A stretch of 63,401 bases of DNA, filler included, from Trichomonas gallinae (lineage: Eukaryota), in NCBI GenBank assembly GCA_008369845.1. It is 7 parts of 7 records of this genome, joined end to end, with 100 filler letters (N's around TTAATTAATTAA, not from the genome) between each part and the next. Parts side by side here need not be neighbours in the genome. Positions count along the whole stretch, not along the records: positions 1 to 21,753 come from MRSU01001023.1; positions 21,854 to 24,741 come from MRSU01001029.1; positions 24,842 to 29,846 come from MRSU01001031.1; positions 29,947 to 33,883 come from MRSU01001034.1; 3 more parts are not named here. One strand, given 5' to 3'. Below, piece after piece: positions 19,650 through 31,469 of the stretch. Each line of letters starts with the position of its first letter. Position 1 is the stretch's first letter. Made by a program: the position numbers and the translations under genes. The notes under the pieces are model-generated. The model saw nothing but the letters and a program-made list of their open reading frames with translations, ran no database searches and had not been told where the DNA came from.

Positions 19650-21578
19650 ATGTCGAAAGACAACCGCACCACACTCGAAGACTTGATGACAGCTGGCTTC
19701 TTTTGGGTCCCAGCGTTCGAGATCTACAACTCCGTCTCAGGATTGTATGATTTAGGCCCAAACGGCGTCCTTCTCGAAAATAATTTGCTCGAAAAGTGGA
19801 AGAAGCACTTCATGCTCAGAGATGATATGCTTCCAGTCCGCTGCCCAGCACTGACACCAAGACCAGTCTTAGATGCTTCCGGACACACGGCCAAATTCTC
19901 CGATTACATGTTAACAGACAAGGTTAACTCACAGCTGTACAGAGCTGACCAGTACATAGCTTCCGTTCTCAAGGCACGTGCCGAAAAGGAGAAAGACCCG
20001 GCTAAGATGCATCAATTGTTGAAAGATGCTGAAGATGTCGATGGAATGACACGCGAACAGCTCATAGATATCATGGCTAAGTATGAGATCAAGTCTCCAG
20101 AAGGAAACGAGCTCTCAACCCCAGAAGCATTCAATCTTATGTTCGGAACACGTGTTGGCCCAGGCGCGCGCTCAATCGAGGCCTACCTTAGACCAGAAAC
20201 AGCTCAGGGTATCTTCACAGACTTCATCCGTCTCTATCAGCAGAACAGATCTTCTCTTCCATTTGCTGCTGTTCAGATCGGTTCTGGTTATCGTAATGAG
20301 ATCAGTCCACGTAACGGCCTCGTTCGCTGCCGTGAATTCCAGATGGCTGAGATCGAGCATTTTGCTGATCCAGAAAAATTGAACGATTTCCCGAAGTTCG
20401 ATCGCGTCAAGGACCTCAAGGTCACACTCTTCCCAGATTACCTTCAGGAAGAGGAAGATGAGACAAAGCGAGTAACAATTTCATTAACACTTGAAGAAGC
20501 TCTCAACCAGGGCATCATCTCACACAAAACACTCGGCTACTACATGGGACGCGTCTACCAGTTCCTCGTTGAGATCGGCATTAAGCCAGAAACAATCAGA
20601 TTCAGAAAACACCGCCAAAACGAGAAGGCTCACTACTCCAAGGAGTGTTGGGATGCTGAGATCTACACAGATTCCCTTGGCTGGCTCGAATGCGTTGGTA
20701 TCGCTGACAGACAATCATATGATCTTACACAGCACATCAAGTTCTCCAACAAGGAGCAGATCTACTGCACAGCTGACCTTGAGACACCAATCAAGGAGCA
20801 CCACCTTTCAATCCAAGGTGTCAAGGCTCATTTAGGCAAGGCTTACGGCAAAGATCTCCCAGCAATCACAGCTGCACTCGAGAAGCTCACAGATAACGAG
20901 ATCAAGGCCATCCAGACTAAGGTTGTCGAAGGCGAGAAGCTCCTCAGCGAAAAACCAACACCAAAGAATGTTGTTAAATTAATCGCAGCTTTGAACCCAG
21001 AAAACAAGGCCAAATTCGAGGAACTCACAAAAATCACAGTCGCTGACAAGGTCCTCAGCTACCCGATGTACACAATCGTCGACGAAATCAGAGAAATCAA
21101 GTCCCGCAGATTCGTTCCAAACGTCATCGAGCCATCGTTCGGCGTTGGAAGAATCATGACATGCTTACTGGAGCAGTCATTCACAATCAGAGACGACCGC
21201 AGAATCCTCAGATTCAGCCCATACATGGCCCCATACAAGGTTGCTGTCTGCCCAGTCACAAACAAGATCCCAGCCGACATTGTCGATGATATCCACTTCA
21301 AACTCACCGAAAGGAACTTGATGAACAAAGTTGAGAATTCTTCCATTTCTATCGGCAAGAAGTACTCCAGATCCGATGAGATCGGTATCCCATTCGCCAT
21401 CGCTCTCGATAACCAGACAATCGAAGACAAGACAATCACACTTAGAGAACGCGACTCGATGAAACAAGTCAGAGGTACAGTACAGCAGATCATCGACGCT
21501 ATCGTTTCTATGGTTAATGGAACTGCATGGGAAGTTGCTACAAAGGATCTCCCAGTTTTCGACCGCCCAGAAAATTAA
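19650..21578 (+). CDS. GARS: Glycyl-tRNA synthetase (eukaryotic/archaeal alpha2 type)
   Basis: GLYDLGP, YLRPETAQGIF, RNEISPRNGLVRCREFQMAEIEHF, ECVGIADR, VIEPSFGVGRI and anticodon domain SIGKKYSRSDEIGIPF. Confidence 0.98.
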   Translation: MSKDNRTTLEDLMTAGFFWVPAFEIYNSVSGLYDLGPNGVLLENNLLEKWKKHFMLRDDMLPVRCPALTPRPVLDASGHTAKFSDYMLTDKVNSQLYRADQYIASVLKARAEKEKDPAKMHQLLKDAEDVDGMTREQLIDIMAKYEIKSPEGNELSTPEAFNLMFGTRVGPGARSIEAYLRPETAQGIFTDFIRLYQQNRSSLPFAAVQIGSGYRNEISPRNGLVRCREFQMAEIEHFADPEKLNDFPKFDRVKDLKVTLFPDYLQEEEDETKRVTISLTLEEALNQGIISHKTLGYYMGRVYQFLVEIGIKPETIRFRKHRQNEKAHYSKECWDAEIYTDSLGWLECVGIADRQSYDLTQHIKFSNKEQIYCTADLETPIKEHHLSIQGVKAHLGKAYGKDLPAITAALEKLTDNEIKAIQTKVVEGEKLLSEKPTPKNVVKLIAALNPENKAKFEELTKITVADKVLSYPMYTIVDEIREIKSRRFVPNVIEPSFGVGRIMTCLLEQSFTIRDDRRILRFSPYMAPYKVAVCPVTNKIPADIVDDIHFKLTERNLMNKVENSSISIGKKYSRSDEIGIPFAIALDNQTIEDKTITLRERDSMKQVRGTVQQIIDAIVSMVNGTAWEVATKDLPVFDRPEN

Positions 21579-21674
21579 TTTTTTTTTTTTTATTTAATCT
21601 AAAGCGATGTTTCATTCTTTTCATATCGAAAATGTCTTTGATTTTGTTCCTCATTTAACTGTGAAATAGCATAA

Positions 21675-21753
21675 TTAAGGGTGCAGTTACGCCCACTCGT
21701 AAACTTCAGAATTTCATTTTTAAGGTTAATCGAAATTAGCGTTTTTCTCGATA
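21675..21753 (+). mobile_element. TTAA-flanked transposon terminus (Kolobok-like), truncated by contig end
   Basis: TTAA-GGGTGC start is identical to 24616. Shares 18-mer GTAAACTTCAGAATTTCA (21699-21716) with 34034-34051. Confidence 0.55.
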
Positions 21754-21853
21754 NNNNNNNNNNNNNNNNNNNNNNNNNNNNNNNNNNNNNNNNNNNNTTA
21801 ATTAATTAANNNNNNNNNNNNNNNNNNNNNNNNNNNNNNNNNNNNNNNNNNNN
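21754..21853. other. Artificial contig linker
   Basis: 44 N + TTAATTAATTAA (stops in all six frames) + 44 N. Confidence 0.99.
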
Positions 21854-22078
21854 AAGAAGATTGGTGTCCGTCTTGACCGTCTTGCGAATCGCAACCGGAA
21901 TGCTCTTTTATGCTGGTACTGCGAGAATTGGTCATCCATATATCCTCATCTAAATGACTTTAACAGAAAGTCTGGGACAAATTCTTGTGATCATTTTGAA
22001 AAATCACAAGACCAATTAGAATTCATTTACACCATCGATCCATCTGATATTAATCAGCTGCTTAACCATCATGACTAA
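21854..22078 (+). CDS. 3' fragment of a hypothetical protein (contig start)
   Basis: Not in ORF track. Open from the linker: KKIGVRLDRLANRNRNALLCWYCENW...DPSDINQLLNHHD*; coding-like GC content. Confidence 0.7.
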   Translation, partial: KKIGVRLDRLANRNRNALLCWYCENWSSIYPHLNDFNRKSGTNSCDHFEKSQDQLEFIYTIDPSDINQLLNHHD

Positions 22079-23712
22079 TACAATTTACTTTACTGTATTT
22101 GTAATTTATTTGACAAAATAAAAAATTGTTATTTTTCTATTATTAATCAGTATTTTCAATTTTTGCATCTGTTTATTCGTGAAAAAACCAGTCCCTCAAT
22201 TTGATTTGAGACTTTTCAGAGTTTCATTCGTTAATATTATCGTATTTGTATAAGCTTATGTAGTTTGTTATACACATGTTGAATGTTTATTTTCATCACG
22301 GACAATTTTTTCAAAAAAATCAAATTACATAAAAAAAATTATGAAAGTTATAAAATTGAATAAGGATATAATAATGATTAATCCACAATCAGCAACTGTG
22401 GCACTTTACATAAAGCCAATTTTCAAAGATTATTGTTCCAATGATATTTGTTTATGAAAAACATTTTAGGATACATCAATATCATGTTTGAAACAGTTAA
22501 TAGTTAATATTATTGAGATCATTATCAAATACCGTAATTTGTGAATTGATTTTGAAAATATTATGGAAAATCATAAAAGGAGTTGAAATTTGTAATTATT
22601 AATGTTTCATGATATGTAGTACTTGACCTTTGAAACAAACCTGCGATGTTTTTTCAATTTCAGATATAATTTCATCAAATTACTCGATTGATATGATAAA
22701 ATTGATATCTAATGCTTTATGTAATTGTTCTGGTGTTTTTGTATGAGAGCTCAAAGAAGATTTAATTTCCAACAAAAATTACCACCAAAAGATGATATGG
22801 TATCGACATTGTATGCTCTACATGATAAATTACCTATGATTAGGTGCAATCATAATAAAAACAATCGTAGCAATTTTTTTGCAACGAATCATTTTGATAA
22901 TTTCTGAAATGATAATTCAGAATTAATATGATTTTCATAACAACATCCATCTGATGATAATCAAAGTTATTTTCGAGAATAACTTTGAAATCAAAGTTAA
23001 AACCATATTTATACCTAGAAATTATCAATAAAAAACATCTGTTTTATAAGATATTATGAATTATATTCAATGCTAAATAATCATTTCAATTGTTATTGAG
23101 AAATGATTCAATTTTGAATACTTCTAACCAGAATATCTCCACTCAAAAAAGCGTTGAGGTTCTTTCAAATACTTTGAATCCTAAAATCTCGTGTAAGGAC
23201 TTTCTTTTCATATATTTAGATTGGCTAATAAACTGGTTTAACTACATTCAGATTGTGGCAATCCTCTTTTTTACATTTGAACGAGTTCTCTCATAATGAG
23301 ATACGAGTATTATATTGTATGCATTATTTTTATTCCATTTTTGTATTTTTCATTTCAACAAACAAAAATCCAAAAATCATTAAAAACGGTTGATTTTATT
23401 GTAAATATTGCATTCTCAAGTTGTGATTTATGATATGTCCTATTCCGCATTCAAAAAATCCATTAATATCAAGCTTTCAATCAGAAAACAACAAAAAAAT
23501 TCATCGTTTTTGTAAATATATACTATACTAACTCTATTAAGGACATTGATTCAAGCCGCTATCATTTCTCAATCTTTTTGAAATTCTTGAATATTGACAT
23601 TTGAGCAATTTAACATTGAAATTCAGTATCAACATTAGTTTATAGTAATGAATATTGTAATAAAAATCATTTTTAGATTTTGCATAAAATTAACCTTTAA
23701 AAGGTGACATTT

Positions 23713-24610
23713 ATGGAATATTATTTTCTCTCTATATTTAACAGAGAGGCAAGATGCCGTTAAATACAAGCAAAATACAATACGCTCATGTACATTTAGC
23801 TACATCGTTAATGATCTAAATGGCTCTGCTATATTCTATAATTCTTCGAAACAATTAAACATCATTACATGCATATTTCAGTATTGCAGTACAACTCAAA
23901 AATCTATAATTTCGGTAACTAATGGAAATTTTCATTGCTGTACATTAATGAAAAATTTTGCCGCGTCATATTCGATATTTGATGCTACAAATCGGACTAA
24001 TATAGAGTATTGTTCAGCATATGCATGTTCATGCACAAAATATCCATTTTATATTAGTGGAATAAATAAAATTTCAAATTATAATTCTTCTAAAATAACA
24101 ACTAACTTTCAAGCTTCTGTTATACGAGCATTTGGAAACACAAGTATGTTATATGACCAATTCTTTGAATGTGGACCTGATCCTTCTGGTGCAACAATTG
24201 AAACTTATTACGGCCAAAATTATATAAGATTGAATAATTTCGTAAATATTTCATCAAATGGCCAACTACATGGTTTTATAACTATCGGAAAAGCCCAATT
24301 GTTCATAGAAGAATGTTTTGTTCATTTAGCACAATGTAATGTTTTTGTTGGCACATTCAGACCAGATTACACCGAATCAGTTGAAATTACAAACACAAAA
24401 ATCGTTACAACAATTGACATTTCGTCACCTATATTGAAAACAGATTCAGTTACAGTTACTGACTCTATTGGAGAGTTTACATTTGCCCCAATATTGAATT
24501 TCGTAGATCCTTTATGCAATTATAAAGAAATCGAGAACACATGCGTCGAAAATTTCTTATTCATGAGAAACATCGATATGAGTATTTTTATTGTTCCAGT
24601 TTTAATCTGA
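23713..24610 (+). CDS. Pmp-like/right-handed beta-helix surface-type protein; likely frameshift right at the start
   Basis: The frame of track ORF 23948-24610 is open back to 23708 (WNIIFSLYL...CTFSYIVNDLNGSAIFY...CIFQYCST). The nearest ATG (23713) is one base out of frame. Confidence 0.6.
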
Positions 24611-24615
24611 TTTTA

Positions 24616-24741
24616 TTAAGGGTGCGCTTGCACGAAAACGGTTTTTATCGTCTTTTTTCAACCACGCTCATTTTTTAATCTCTAGACCTTTAGGAAACTT
24701 CAAAATTTTAGAAAAAATCAAGTCGTATCCAATCGATCATA
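24616..24741 (+). mobile_element. TTAA-flanked transposon terminus (Kolobok-like), truncated by contig end
   Basis: TTAA-GGGTGC as at 21675, an internal AAACTTCAAAATTT variant, and it runs to the assembly break. Confidence 0.55.
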
Positions 24742-24841
24742 NNNNNNNNNNNNNNNNNNNNNNNNNNNNNNNNNNNNNNNNNNNNTTAATTAATTAANNN
24801 NNNNNNNNNNNNNNNNNNNNNNNNNNNNNNNNNNNNNNNNN
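24742..24841. other. Artificial contig linker
   Basis: N44-TTAATTAATTAA-N44. Confidence 0.99.
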
Positions 24842-25203
24842 TGGATGTGTGGAACGACACCAGCGGAGGCGATTGTGATGTTGGAGAGGAGCTGGTTAAG
24901 TTCTTCATCGTTACGGACGGCGAGCATGATGTGGCGTGGGGAGATACGTGTCTTCTTGTTATCACGTGCAGCGTTACCTGCAAGTTCGAGAACTTCAACT
25001 GTAAGATATTCTAAAACAGCGGCCATGAAGACTGGGGCACCGGCACCGACACGCTCACCATAACGGCCTTCACGGAGGAATCTGTGGAGACGACCGACTG
25101 GGAACTGAAGACCGGCACGGGATGAACGTGTCTTTGGATGCTGGCGTTCACCGTCGACGGCTGTCTTTGTTGCTGTCTTCTTAACACCCTTCTTAGCTGG
25201 CAT
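24842..25203 (-). CDS. H2A: Histone H2A (3' end lost at contig break)
   Basis: [53 protein letters not shown]. Confidence 0.98.
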
Positions 25204-25240
25204 TAATAAAAAATGAACTTAAAATCAAAGCCGCCAACAG
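25204..25240 (-). promoter_or_regulatory. Core promoter of H2A: M3-like GGCGGCTT plus Inr TCATTTT
   Basis: Minus strand reads CTGTTGGCGGCTTTGATTTTAAGTTCATTTTTTATTA-ATG. Confidence 0.6.
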
Positions 25241-25587
25241 TCAAATTAAAGTATTCAATTTTTCGGGACCTAAAATGGCAGATGAAGATTTTTTTCTAAA
25301 ATGTCACTTTGCGACCTACGATTTTGATACGAAGTCATCACTTTTATAGCGCGAAAAAGTGAGAATTCTTCCCGATGAATTTCGATAATTTTAAGACAAA
25401 TCATCTTGTCATATCATAAAATGCTAATTTACCAAAAATTATTAATTTTTATTGGAATGAAAATTATATTTAAAAGTGATATGTATCTATTTAAGGTTAT
25501 TTATTTATTAATTGATAAAACTAAAAGCAAATTCAAATATTTTAGATCAATTGAAGTTTATTTGCAAAGTGAAAGTCATTTTTGTTG

Positions 25588-27132
25588 ATGATTATATTTT
25601 TATTATTTTTGAAAATCTTTGTTAGTATGAAAGGTGGCGGGCAAAAATGCTCAGAAGATGCTCCTTGTTCCACTGATGAAGGTTTATCTAGAATTAAAGC
25701 AAATGATTCGCTAAATTTTTGCGACCATTTTCTTAATTCAACAGATGAAATAGAAACATTCAGAAATACAACATTACTAGCGCTTCAAAAAGAGATTAAC
25801 ATTGATGGAAACGAAATAACTATCGATGGAAATAATATAGAATATTTTTATCCTTCATTTCTTTTCATTGATAGTATTAACAAGTTTAAGATCGCAAATA
25901 TACAGTTTACAAATTTCAAATCACCAATTATACACGTCCGAAATTCATCACAATCCTTAATCGAAAATATATCAATACAAAATTCCAAAATTGTTCAACA
26001 ATTTGGCTTCATTACTTTTGCATCATCAAATATTGTTGTCAAGAATATATCAATTCATAAATCTACGGCAAAAGAATCATCAATAATCACAATTCACAAT
26101 AGTAAAATCGATTTTGATGGTTCATTTCTATATCAGAACTTCTTATTTCACGCATTGAAGAATCCAATGATAATGATAGTCAATTCTAGTGTAAAATTTT
26201 TGATTTCTCATTTTGAAAAGAATTCTTCTCCATATTCACCTTTCATTAGCTCAGAATCAAACAGTAACATAAGTATTCTCAAATCAAAGTTTACATATAA
26301 TCATCATTCAGAATTCTTTTTAATTGAAGACTATAACAACCTTGAATTCGACAATTTGACCTATTATGATAACAAAGGATCACTCGTTGTTTCATTTCAT
26401 CATTCTAATATTAAAATGCGTGAAATTAATGTTGACACGATGTCCTCATTCAAATATCCATTAGTATATAACCAGAACTCTTCTTTCTCTATTGAATCAT
26501 CTTATTTTACTAACATTGATTCATCATTTCTTTCAATGTCGCGAGGAATCCAAGCAAAAACAACTATTTACAGTTCGAAGTTTATAAAATGCAAACCAAA
26601 GAAGGCTATTATCGCAGGAAGAAACAATGCAGCTATCAAAATTTTATTTTCATTATTTTCAAATTCTATTCTCAACGAAGGCGTTGTTTCATCAGCTCAA
26701 AGCACTGTTGAGATTAATGATAGTGTGTTTTCTCGTAGTTTCGCTCCAGCAATTTCGATATCACACGGAACTGGGTCAGTTTTCAATAATACATTCGAAT
26801 CATCATCAGCATTGAATAACTGGGCCATATTCGGAGATAATGGAAATATTACAGTTAGAAATAGTTATTTTAGTGATTCTTCGTTAAGAAGTTTGATACA
26901 TAATACAGGAAAAACACAGCTTTCAAGGCTAACATTCTTATCACCGAAAGAATACAGTTTATCCAATGCTTTGTCGCAGATTTGCGTAGATTGCAAATTT
27001 GGTGAAAAGAATTTAACAGATTCAAGTGATTACATCATGTTGAATATCTTATTTATGATTTTTATATGTTTTATCATTGGTTTTGCGATATTGAAACGCA
27101 AAAAGCTGAAATTCAATCATAAGCTATTATAA
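25588..27132 (+). CDS. Pectin-lyase-like beta-helix (Pmp-like) type I membrane protein
   Basis: Inr TCATTTT at 25577, ATG at 25588, signal peptide, GGG..CSEDAPCS, repeated S.F.N, C-terminal TM then RKKLK. Confidence 0.8.
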   Translation: MIIFLLFLKIFVSMKGGGQKCSEDAPCSTDEGLSRIKANDSLNFCDHFLNSTDEIETFRNTTLLALQKEINIDGNEITIDGNNIEYFYPSFLFIDSINKFKIANIQFTNFKSPIIHVRNSSQSLIENISIQNSKIVQQFGFITFASSNIVVKNISIHKSTAKESSIITIHNSKIDFDGSFLYQNFLFHALKNPMIMIVNSSVKFLISHFEKNSSPYSPFISSESNSNISILKSKFTYNHHSEFFLIEDYNNLEFDNLTYYDNKGSLVVSFHHSNIKMREINVDTMSSFKYPLVYNQNSSFSIESSYFTNIDSSFLSMSRGIQAKTTIYSSKFIKCKPKKAIIAGRNNAAIKILFSLFSNSILNEGVVSSAQSTVEINDSVFSRSFAPAISISHGTGSVFNNTFESSSALNNWAIFGDNGNITVRNSYFSDSSLRSLIHNTGKTQLSRLTFLSPKEYSLSNALSQICVDCKFGEKNLTDSSDYIMLNILFMIFICFIIGFAILKRKKLKFNHKLL

Positions 27133-27620
27133 TTATCTATAGATTTTTGTTTGTAATATAAATATCAATATTATTTCACATTATACAATATTATATTGAA
27201 TAGTAATACACTGTATTTTATTAAGAATGTATAATCTTGAGTCAAACTATGTGAAAATAAGCCAAAATCAATATCATAAATCTATTATTCAAGTCGTTAT
27301 AGAAACATAATATATGAATTTAAGTGAAATGCCTATTACAAGGATTTTTATCTCTATTCCATATTGACTTCAATGTTTTTAATGCTATTTACTAATTTGT
27401 ATAATAACCACATATGCTCTAACACAAAAAATTCAATATATGCATGGAAAATCCTTGAAAAATTGATTTTGTTGAAAAGATTATTAAATAGAATACTAAA
27501 TTCAAAATTGAGGAATAAGCATTCTATTGTTAATATAACACATAAATACAAATCCATTGAAAAGCTCAGAAGTCATCAGTCTCTCATATGATTTAGATTT
27601 CGTTTGAGAATCCCACTTCA

Positions 27621-27893
27621 ATTTGAATTGAAAATAATCGTAAAACTCAAAAATTTACATGACAAATTTCAAAATATTTGAATTAAAAATAATCGTGAAT
27701 TTTTAACAATACTATAATGATTAAAATAAATGCTATTATCAATATTTGGAATAATTTACATGACAAATATCAGTAATTGAATTAAAATTAATCGTACAAA
27801 TATACATGACAGATATCCATAAATTTTAATTAAAAATAATTTATAATAATATATTTACCAAAATTAGTAATGTTTGCAATATTTTACATGTCA
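27621..27893 (+). repeat. Imperfect tandem repeats carrying TTTACATGWCA and AATTAAAATAATCGT, upstream of copine
   Basis: TTTACATGACA at 27654 and 27755, a variant near 27802, TTTACATGTCA at 27883; AATAATCGT-type block repeated several times. Confidence 0.6.
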
Positions 27894-28046
27894 AATGTCA
27901 AAAAATTCAATAATACGATAATTGAAAGGTTTACTAAACGTGACAACAAAAATTTTATATCGGATCCGGATTAATTTTTGTTGCTTTGGGTTCGTATGAC
28001 AATATTACGAGGTTTTAATTTAGGAAAATTTTGTCAAATATCAGAA

Positions 28047-29648
28047 ATGTCGCATATAGGTGATAACTACAGTGGCACCTCTGCCGTTGGCGGTGCTAAG
28101 TACGCAATGAATCCGAGCGGAAACTTCCCAATGATTGAGCTACACGTGAAAGCTAACGATCTTGTTGATATGGATGTTATTACAGTTTCTGACCCGATAT
28201 GTGTGCTTTTTATTTGGGACAACAACAAATGGTGCGAGGTAGGACGCACAGAAGTCGTATGGAATAACTTAAATCCTGAATGGGTCAAGTTTTTCACAAT
28301 TCAGTACATTTTCGAAACGAGACAAGCGTTAATGTTCAGGGTTTACGATGTTGACTCAGATACAGCAAGCCTTAACTCACAAGATTTCATCGGTGAGGCC
28401 TCTGTTGAGCTTTCCCAAATCATATCAAGGCAAGGAACAACAACACTTGAATTACATCTCCCTGGCCAGGAAAAAAAGAGAGGCATAATCCATGTCACGC
28501 CGGAACAAGTCGAAAATTCCGGTGCTGTTATCGAAATGCAATTCAAAGCAAATAATTTAAAGAAGATGCACTTCTTCTGTGGCAACTCTCCATACTTCAT
28601 CATCGCTAAGGGATCAGAATCTGGATCATTTTTGCCAGTTTTCCAGTCAGAAGTCAGTAAAAAGTGCAAATGGAAGAAATTCTCAATTCCATACCAAACG
28701 TTGTGCAACTGCGATCCATTAAGACCAATTAGGATCTCATTCATGCACTACAGATCGACAACGCACGCCGAATTAATCGGTTATGTTGATACAACATACG
28801 AAAGACTCAGCGAAAGCCTTCTTCAGACACAAGATATCGTTAATAATAAGAATGAGAAGACTGGTGTATTCACTCCTCAAGTTGTTGCGCTTCTTCAGAA
28901 ATATACATTTTTCGATTATATAAGAAATGGCGTCCAACTTAATCTTATTACAGGTATTGACTTTACAGCATCCAATGGTGATCCACGTACTCCACAATCT
29001 TTGCATTTCAATGGAGTTGATTCTCTTAATCAATATGAAAAGTGTATTCGCGCAGTTGGTGAGATTCTTTGCCCATACGACACTGATCAGGAGTTCCCAG
29101 TTTATGGTTTCGGTGCAAAAATCGGATTTCAGGCAAATCATTGTTTCGCATTAACTTTCAACGAAGCAAATCCATGTGTTCACGGCTTAGAAGGCATAGT
29201 TGGCTGCTATAAATATGCTCTCTCACAAGTTGCTCTATCAGGTCCAACGCTTTTCTCACATTTAATCAGAAAAGCAACGCAAATTGCTGTTGATAGCTGG
29301 AATGATTCCAGGACATATACAATCCTCTTAATTGTCACTGACGGCATCATCAACGACATGCAAGATACGATCGACGCGATTGTAGATGCAGGCAACAAAC
29401 CTCTCTCCATTATCATCGTAGGCGTAGGCAATGCGAACTTTGATGCCATGGACGTTTTGGATGCCGATGATACACCACTTGTTTCACGCTCAGGATACAA
29501 GATGGATCGCGATCTCGTTCAGTTCGTTCCGTTCAATGAATTCGCCAATAGGCACTACACAGCGCTCGCAGCTGCTGTTCTTGATGAAGTTCCAAGACAA
29601 CTTGTCGAATGGGCCGAGTTAAATAGAATCAAACCAAATGTTCAATAA
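28047..29648 (+). CDS. Copine (C2-C2-vWA)
   Basis: DMDVITVSDP, GRTEVVWNNLNPEW, GIDFTASNG, YGFGAK, SGPTLF, TDG, PLSIIIVGVG, RDLVQFVPF. Likely start MSHIGD at 28047 (alternative ATG 27996). Confidence 0.96.
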   Translation: MSHIGDNYSGTSAVGGAKYAMNPSGNFPMIELHVKANDLVDMDVITVSDPICVLFIWDNNKWCEVGRTEVVWNNLNPEWVKFFTIQYIFETRQALMFRVYDVDSDTASLNSQDFIGEASVELSQIISRQGTTTLELHLPGQEKKRGIIHVTPEQVENSGAVIEMQFKANNLKKMHFFCGNSPYFIIAKGSESGSFLPVFQSEVSKKCKWKKFSIPYQTLCNCDPLRPIRISFMHYRSTTHAELIGYVDTTYERLSESLLQTQDIVNNKNEKTGVFTPQVVALLQKYTFFDYIRNGVQLNLITGIDFTASNGDPRTPQSLHFNGVDSLNQYEKCIRAVGEILCPYDTDQEFPVYGFGAKIGFQANHCFALTFNEANPCVHGLEGIVGCYKYALSQVALSGPTLFSHLIRKATQIAVDSWNDSRTYTILLIVTDGIINDMQDTIDAIVDAGNKPLSIIIVGVGNANFDAMDVLDADDTPLVSRSGYKMDRDLVQFVPFNEFANRHYTALAAAVLDEVPRQLVEWAELNRIKPNVQ

Positions 29649-29810
29649 AAAATTTTATTTTTTTTAATTCTTTTCTTATTGAAATGCTTCTAATTAATCA
29701 TTTTCATTCTACTCCATATTAAAGTTAATATTTTCGGTCATCAGTCTCACATTTCATTCATACTCGAAAAGGATGGAACTTTTTGATGCCATTTAAGAAA
29801 ACGCAAGAAA

Positions 29811-29811
<1 letters not shown>

Positions 29812-29842
<31 letters not shown>
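29812..29842 (+). repeat. Poly(A) run at contig end
   Basis: About 31 consecutive A just before the linker. Confidence 0.9.
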
Positions 29843-29845
<3 letters not shown>

Positions 29846-29846
29846 A

Positions 29847-29946
29847 NNNNNNNNNNNNNNNNNNNNNNNNNNNNNNNNNNNNNNNNNNNNTTAATTAATT
29901 AANNNNNNNNNNNNNNNNNNNNNNNNNNNNNNNNNNNNNNNNNNNN
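29847..29946. other. Artificial contig linker
   Basis: N44-TTAATTAATTAA-N44. Confidence 0.99.
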
Positions 29947-31214
29947 TCTTCTTCAAAATATTTTGATCTCCTGAAAAATCTTTGCCATGTGATTGTTTTG
30001 AAGGCCTTTCTTATATCTATTGGTGCTAAACCCCATTCTTTCGGATAGATGAGTGTAAATGCAATTAATAAGATAATACAAACAATTATTTGGAAAGCGA
30101 GTAATCCAAAAAGTTGATTAGTTGAAAACAATACTATATACCCTGGATTTGAGAATGACATTACTTGATCGTTTTGTAAAGTAAAATATAAATTAGAATA
30201 AAAATTGTGAATAATAGCAGACGTGAATATATAGCAATTGAACTTGATATTGATGTGGAAATGAGAAGGCAATACCCACCCTAGTGTAAACAAAATAGTA
30301 TAAATAAAAACATAAAATCTTATGCGGCCTGGCCTATTAAATACAGGAGCCATGAATACAACTGTGAAGTATATTGCAAAGCTTGCTAATAAAAAGAACA
30401 AGAAAATCATTCCGAATTGAATTTCATGCTCACGTATTTGTCTGTGTGAATACTCAAGACCAGAAAAAATCAATGATGCAATGATGCAATAAATCAAATC
30501 AATTAAGACAAAACCAAACCAAATTATTTGATCACTAATTCCTGAAATATTGAGCAAAACAAGCTGCTTTTTATGCATCCACCTTGAAAGTGGATATAAA
30601 TGAGCTATAATTAAGCCGAAGATGCACGAAGGAAAGATCTTTTCTCCATTATATTCTGTTCGAGTCACATAATATGCTGGTTTAGCATACAATCCATTGT
30701 AGACTCGCATGTGGAAGTCTGCTGTTGAATTATCATAAGAATGAATAATTGAATTTGAAAGATTCATTTTGGAGTTTGCATCATAATAAGCTAAATCAAA
30801 TGTGGATAGATCACTAGAAGAATCCAATCTTGGTATAATAATGGTGTATAATAACGTTACAATATTATTTTTTAAATTCTGAATAAAATGAATCGATGAG
30901 TTTTTGTAATTGCTAAATGTCATTCTAATTATATCTTTATCCCATTCATTTGATGCAATTACATAAATCGAATTTTCCTTCAATGGATAAGTACTCTTTA
31001 TATAGGAATTTGTAAGAGATCCACTTCGAGGATTGATTTTTTGTGCGGTTAACGAATCATCAGATATATTTGAGAAAATTGTTAATATGGATGCAATCAA
31101 CATTAAGATAACGAAAACGGATTTCATTCTCATCTTAATATCTAACTTGATCCAGTTCCAACTTGAGTTGCAGAAAGTGATTCTTCCCATCTTCTGGTCG
31201 CTTTGCTCATGCAT
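29947..31214 (-). CDS. ABC transporter (ABCA-like) transmembrane half; nucleotide-binding domain lost at contig break
   Basis: One TM, large exoplasmic loop, five more TMs; KKQLVLLNISGISDQIIWF and YPKEWGLAPI...W..FF precede where an NBD normally starts. No NBD is visible. Confidence 0.65.
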
Positions 31215-31469
31215 AAAAATTCTGTATTTTAATATTTTTGAATAAAAAATTGGATAAAATATATTTAATTTTCATATAATAGATTATTTTTTTAATAATT
31301 TTATTATCGTCAATATTTTTGTAAACATCACAAAGAAATTTGTAAACATCACAAAAATATTTTTGACGTGTAAACTCAGTTATTGGGATTTGATCCAAGT
31401 TTTTGTGACATGTGATGATAACATTAATTCAACAAAATAATTTTATTACATTTATGATGTAAACAACAT

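Noticed and set aside
21798..21809. Palindromic TTAATTAATTAA recurring six times
   Set aside because: Always centred in 44+44 Ns; an artificial six-frame-stop linker. ORFs running into X residues and adjacency across linkers are artefacts.
22700..23300. Several 60-70 aa ORFs
   Set aside because: AT-rich, mostly non-ATG starts, no homology signal.
29812..29842. Poly(A) as a retroposon tail
   Set aside because: Sits at a contig end, with no TSD or element body testable.
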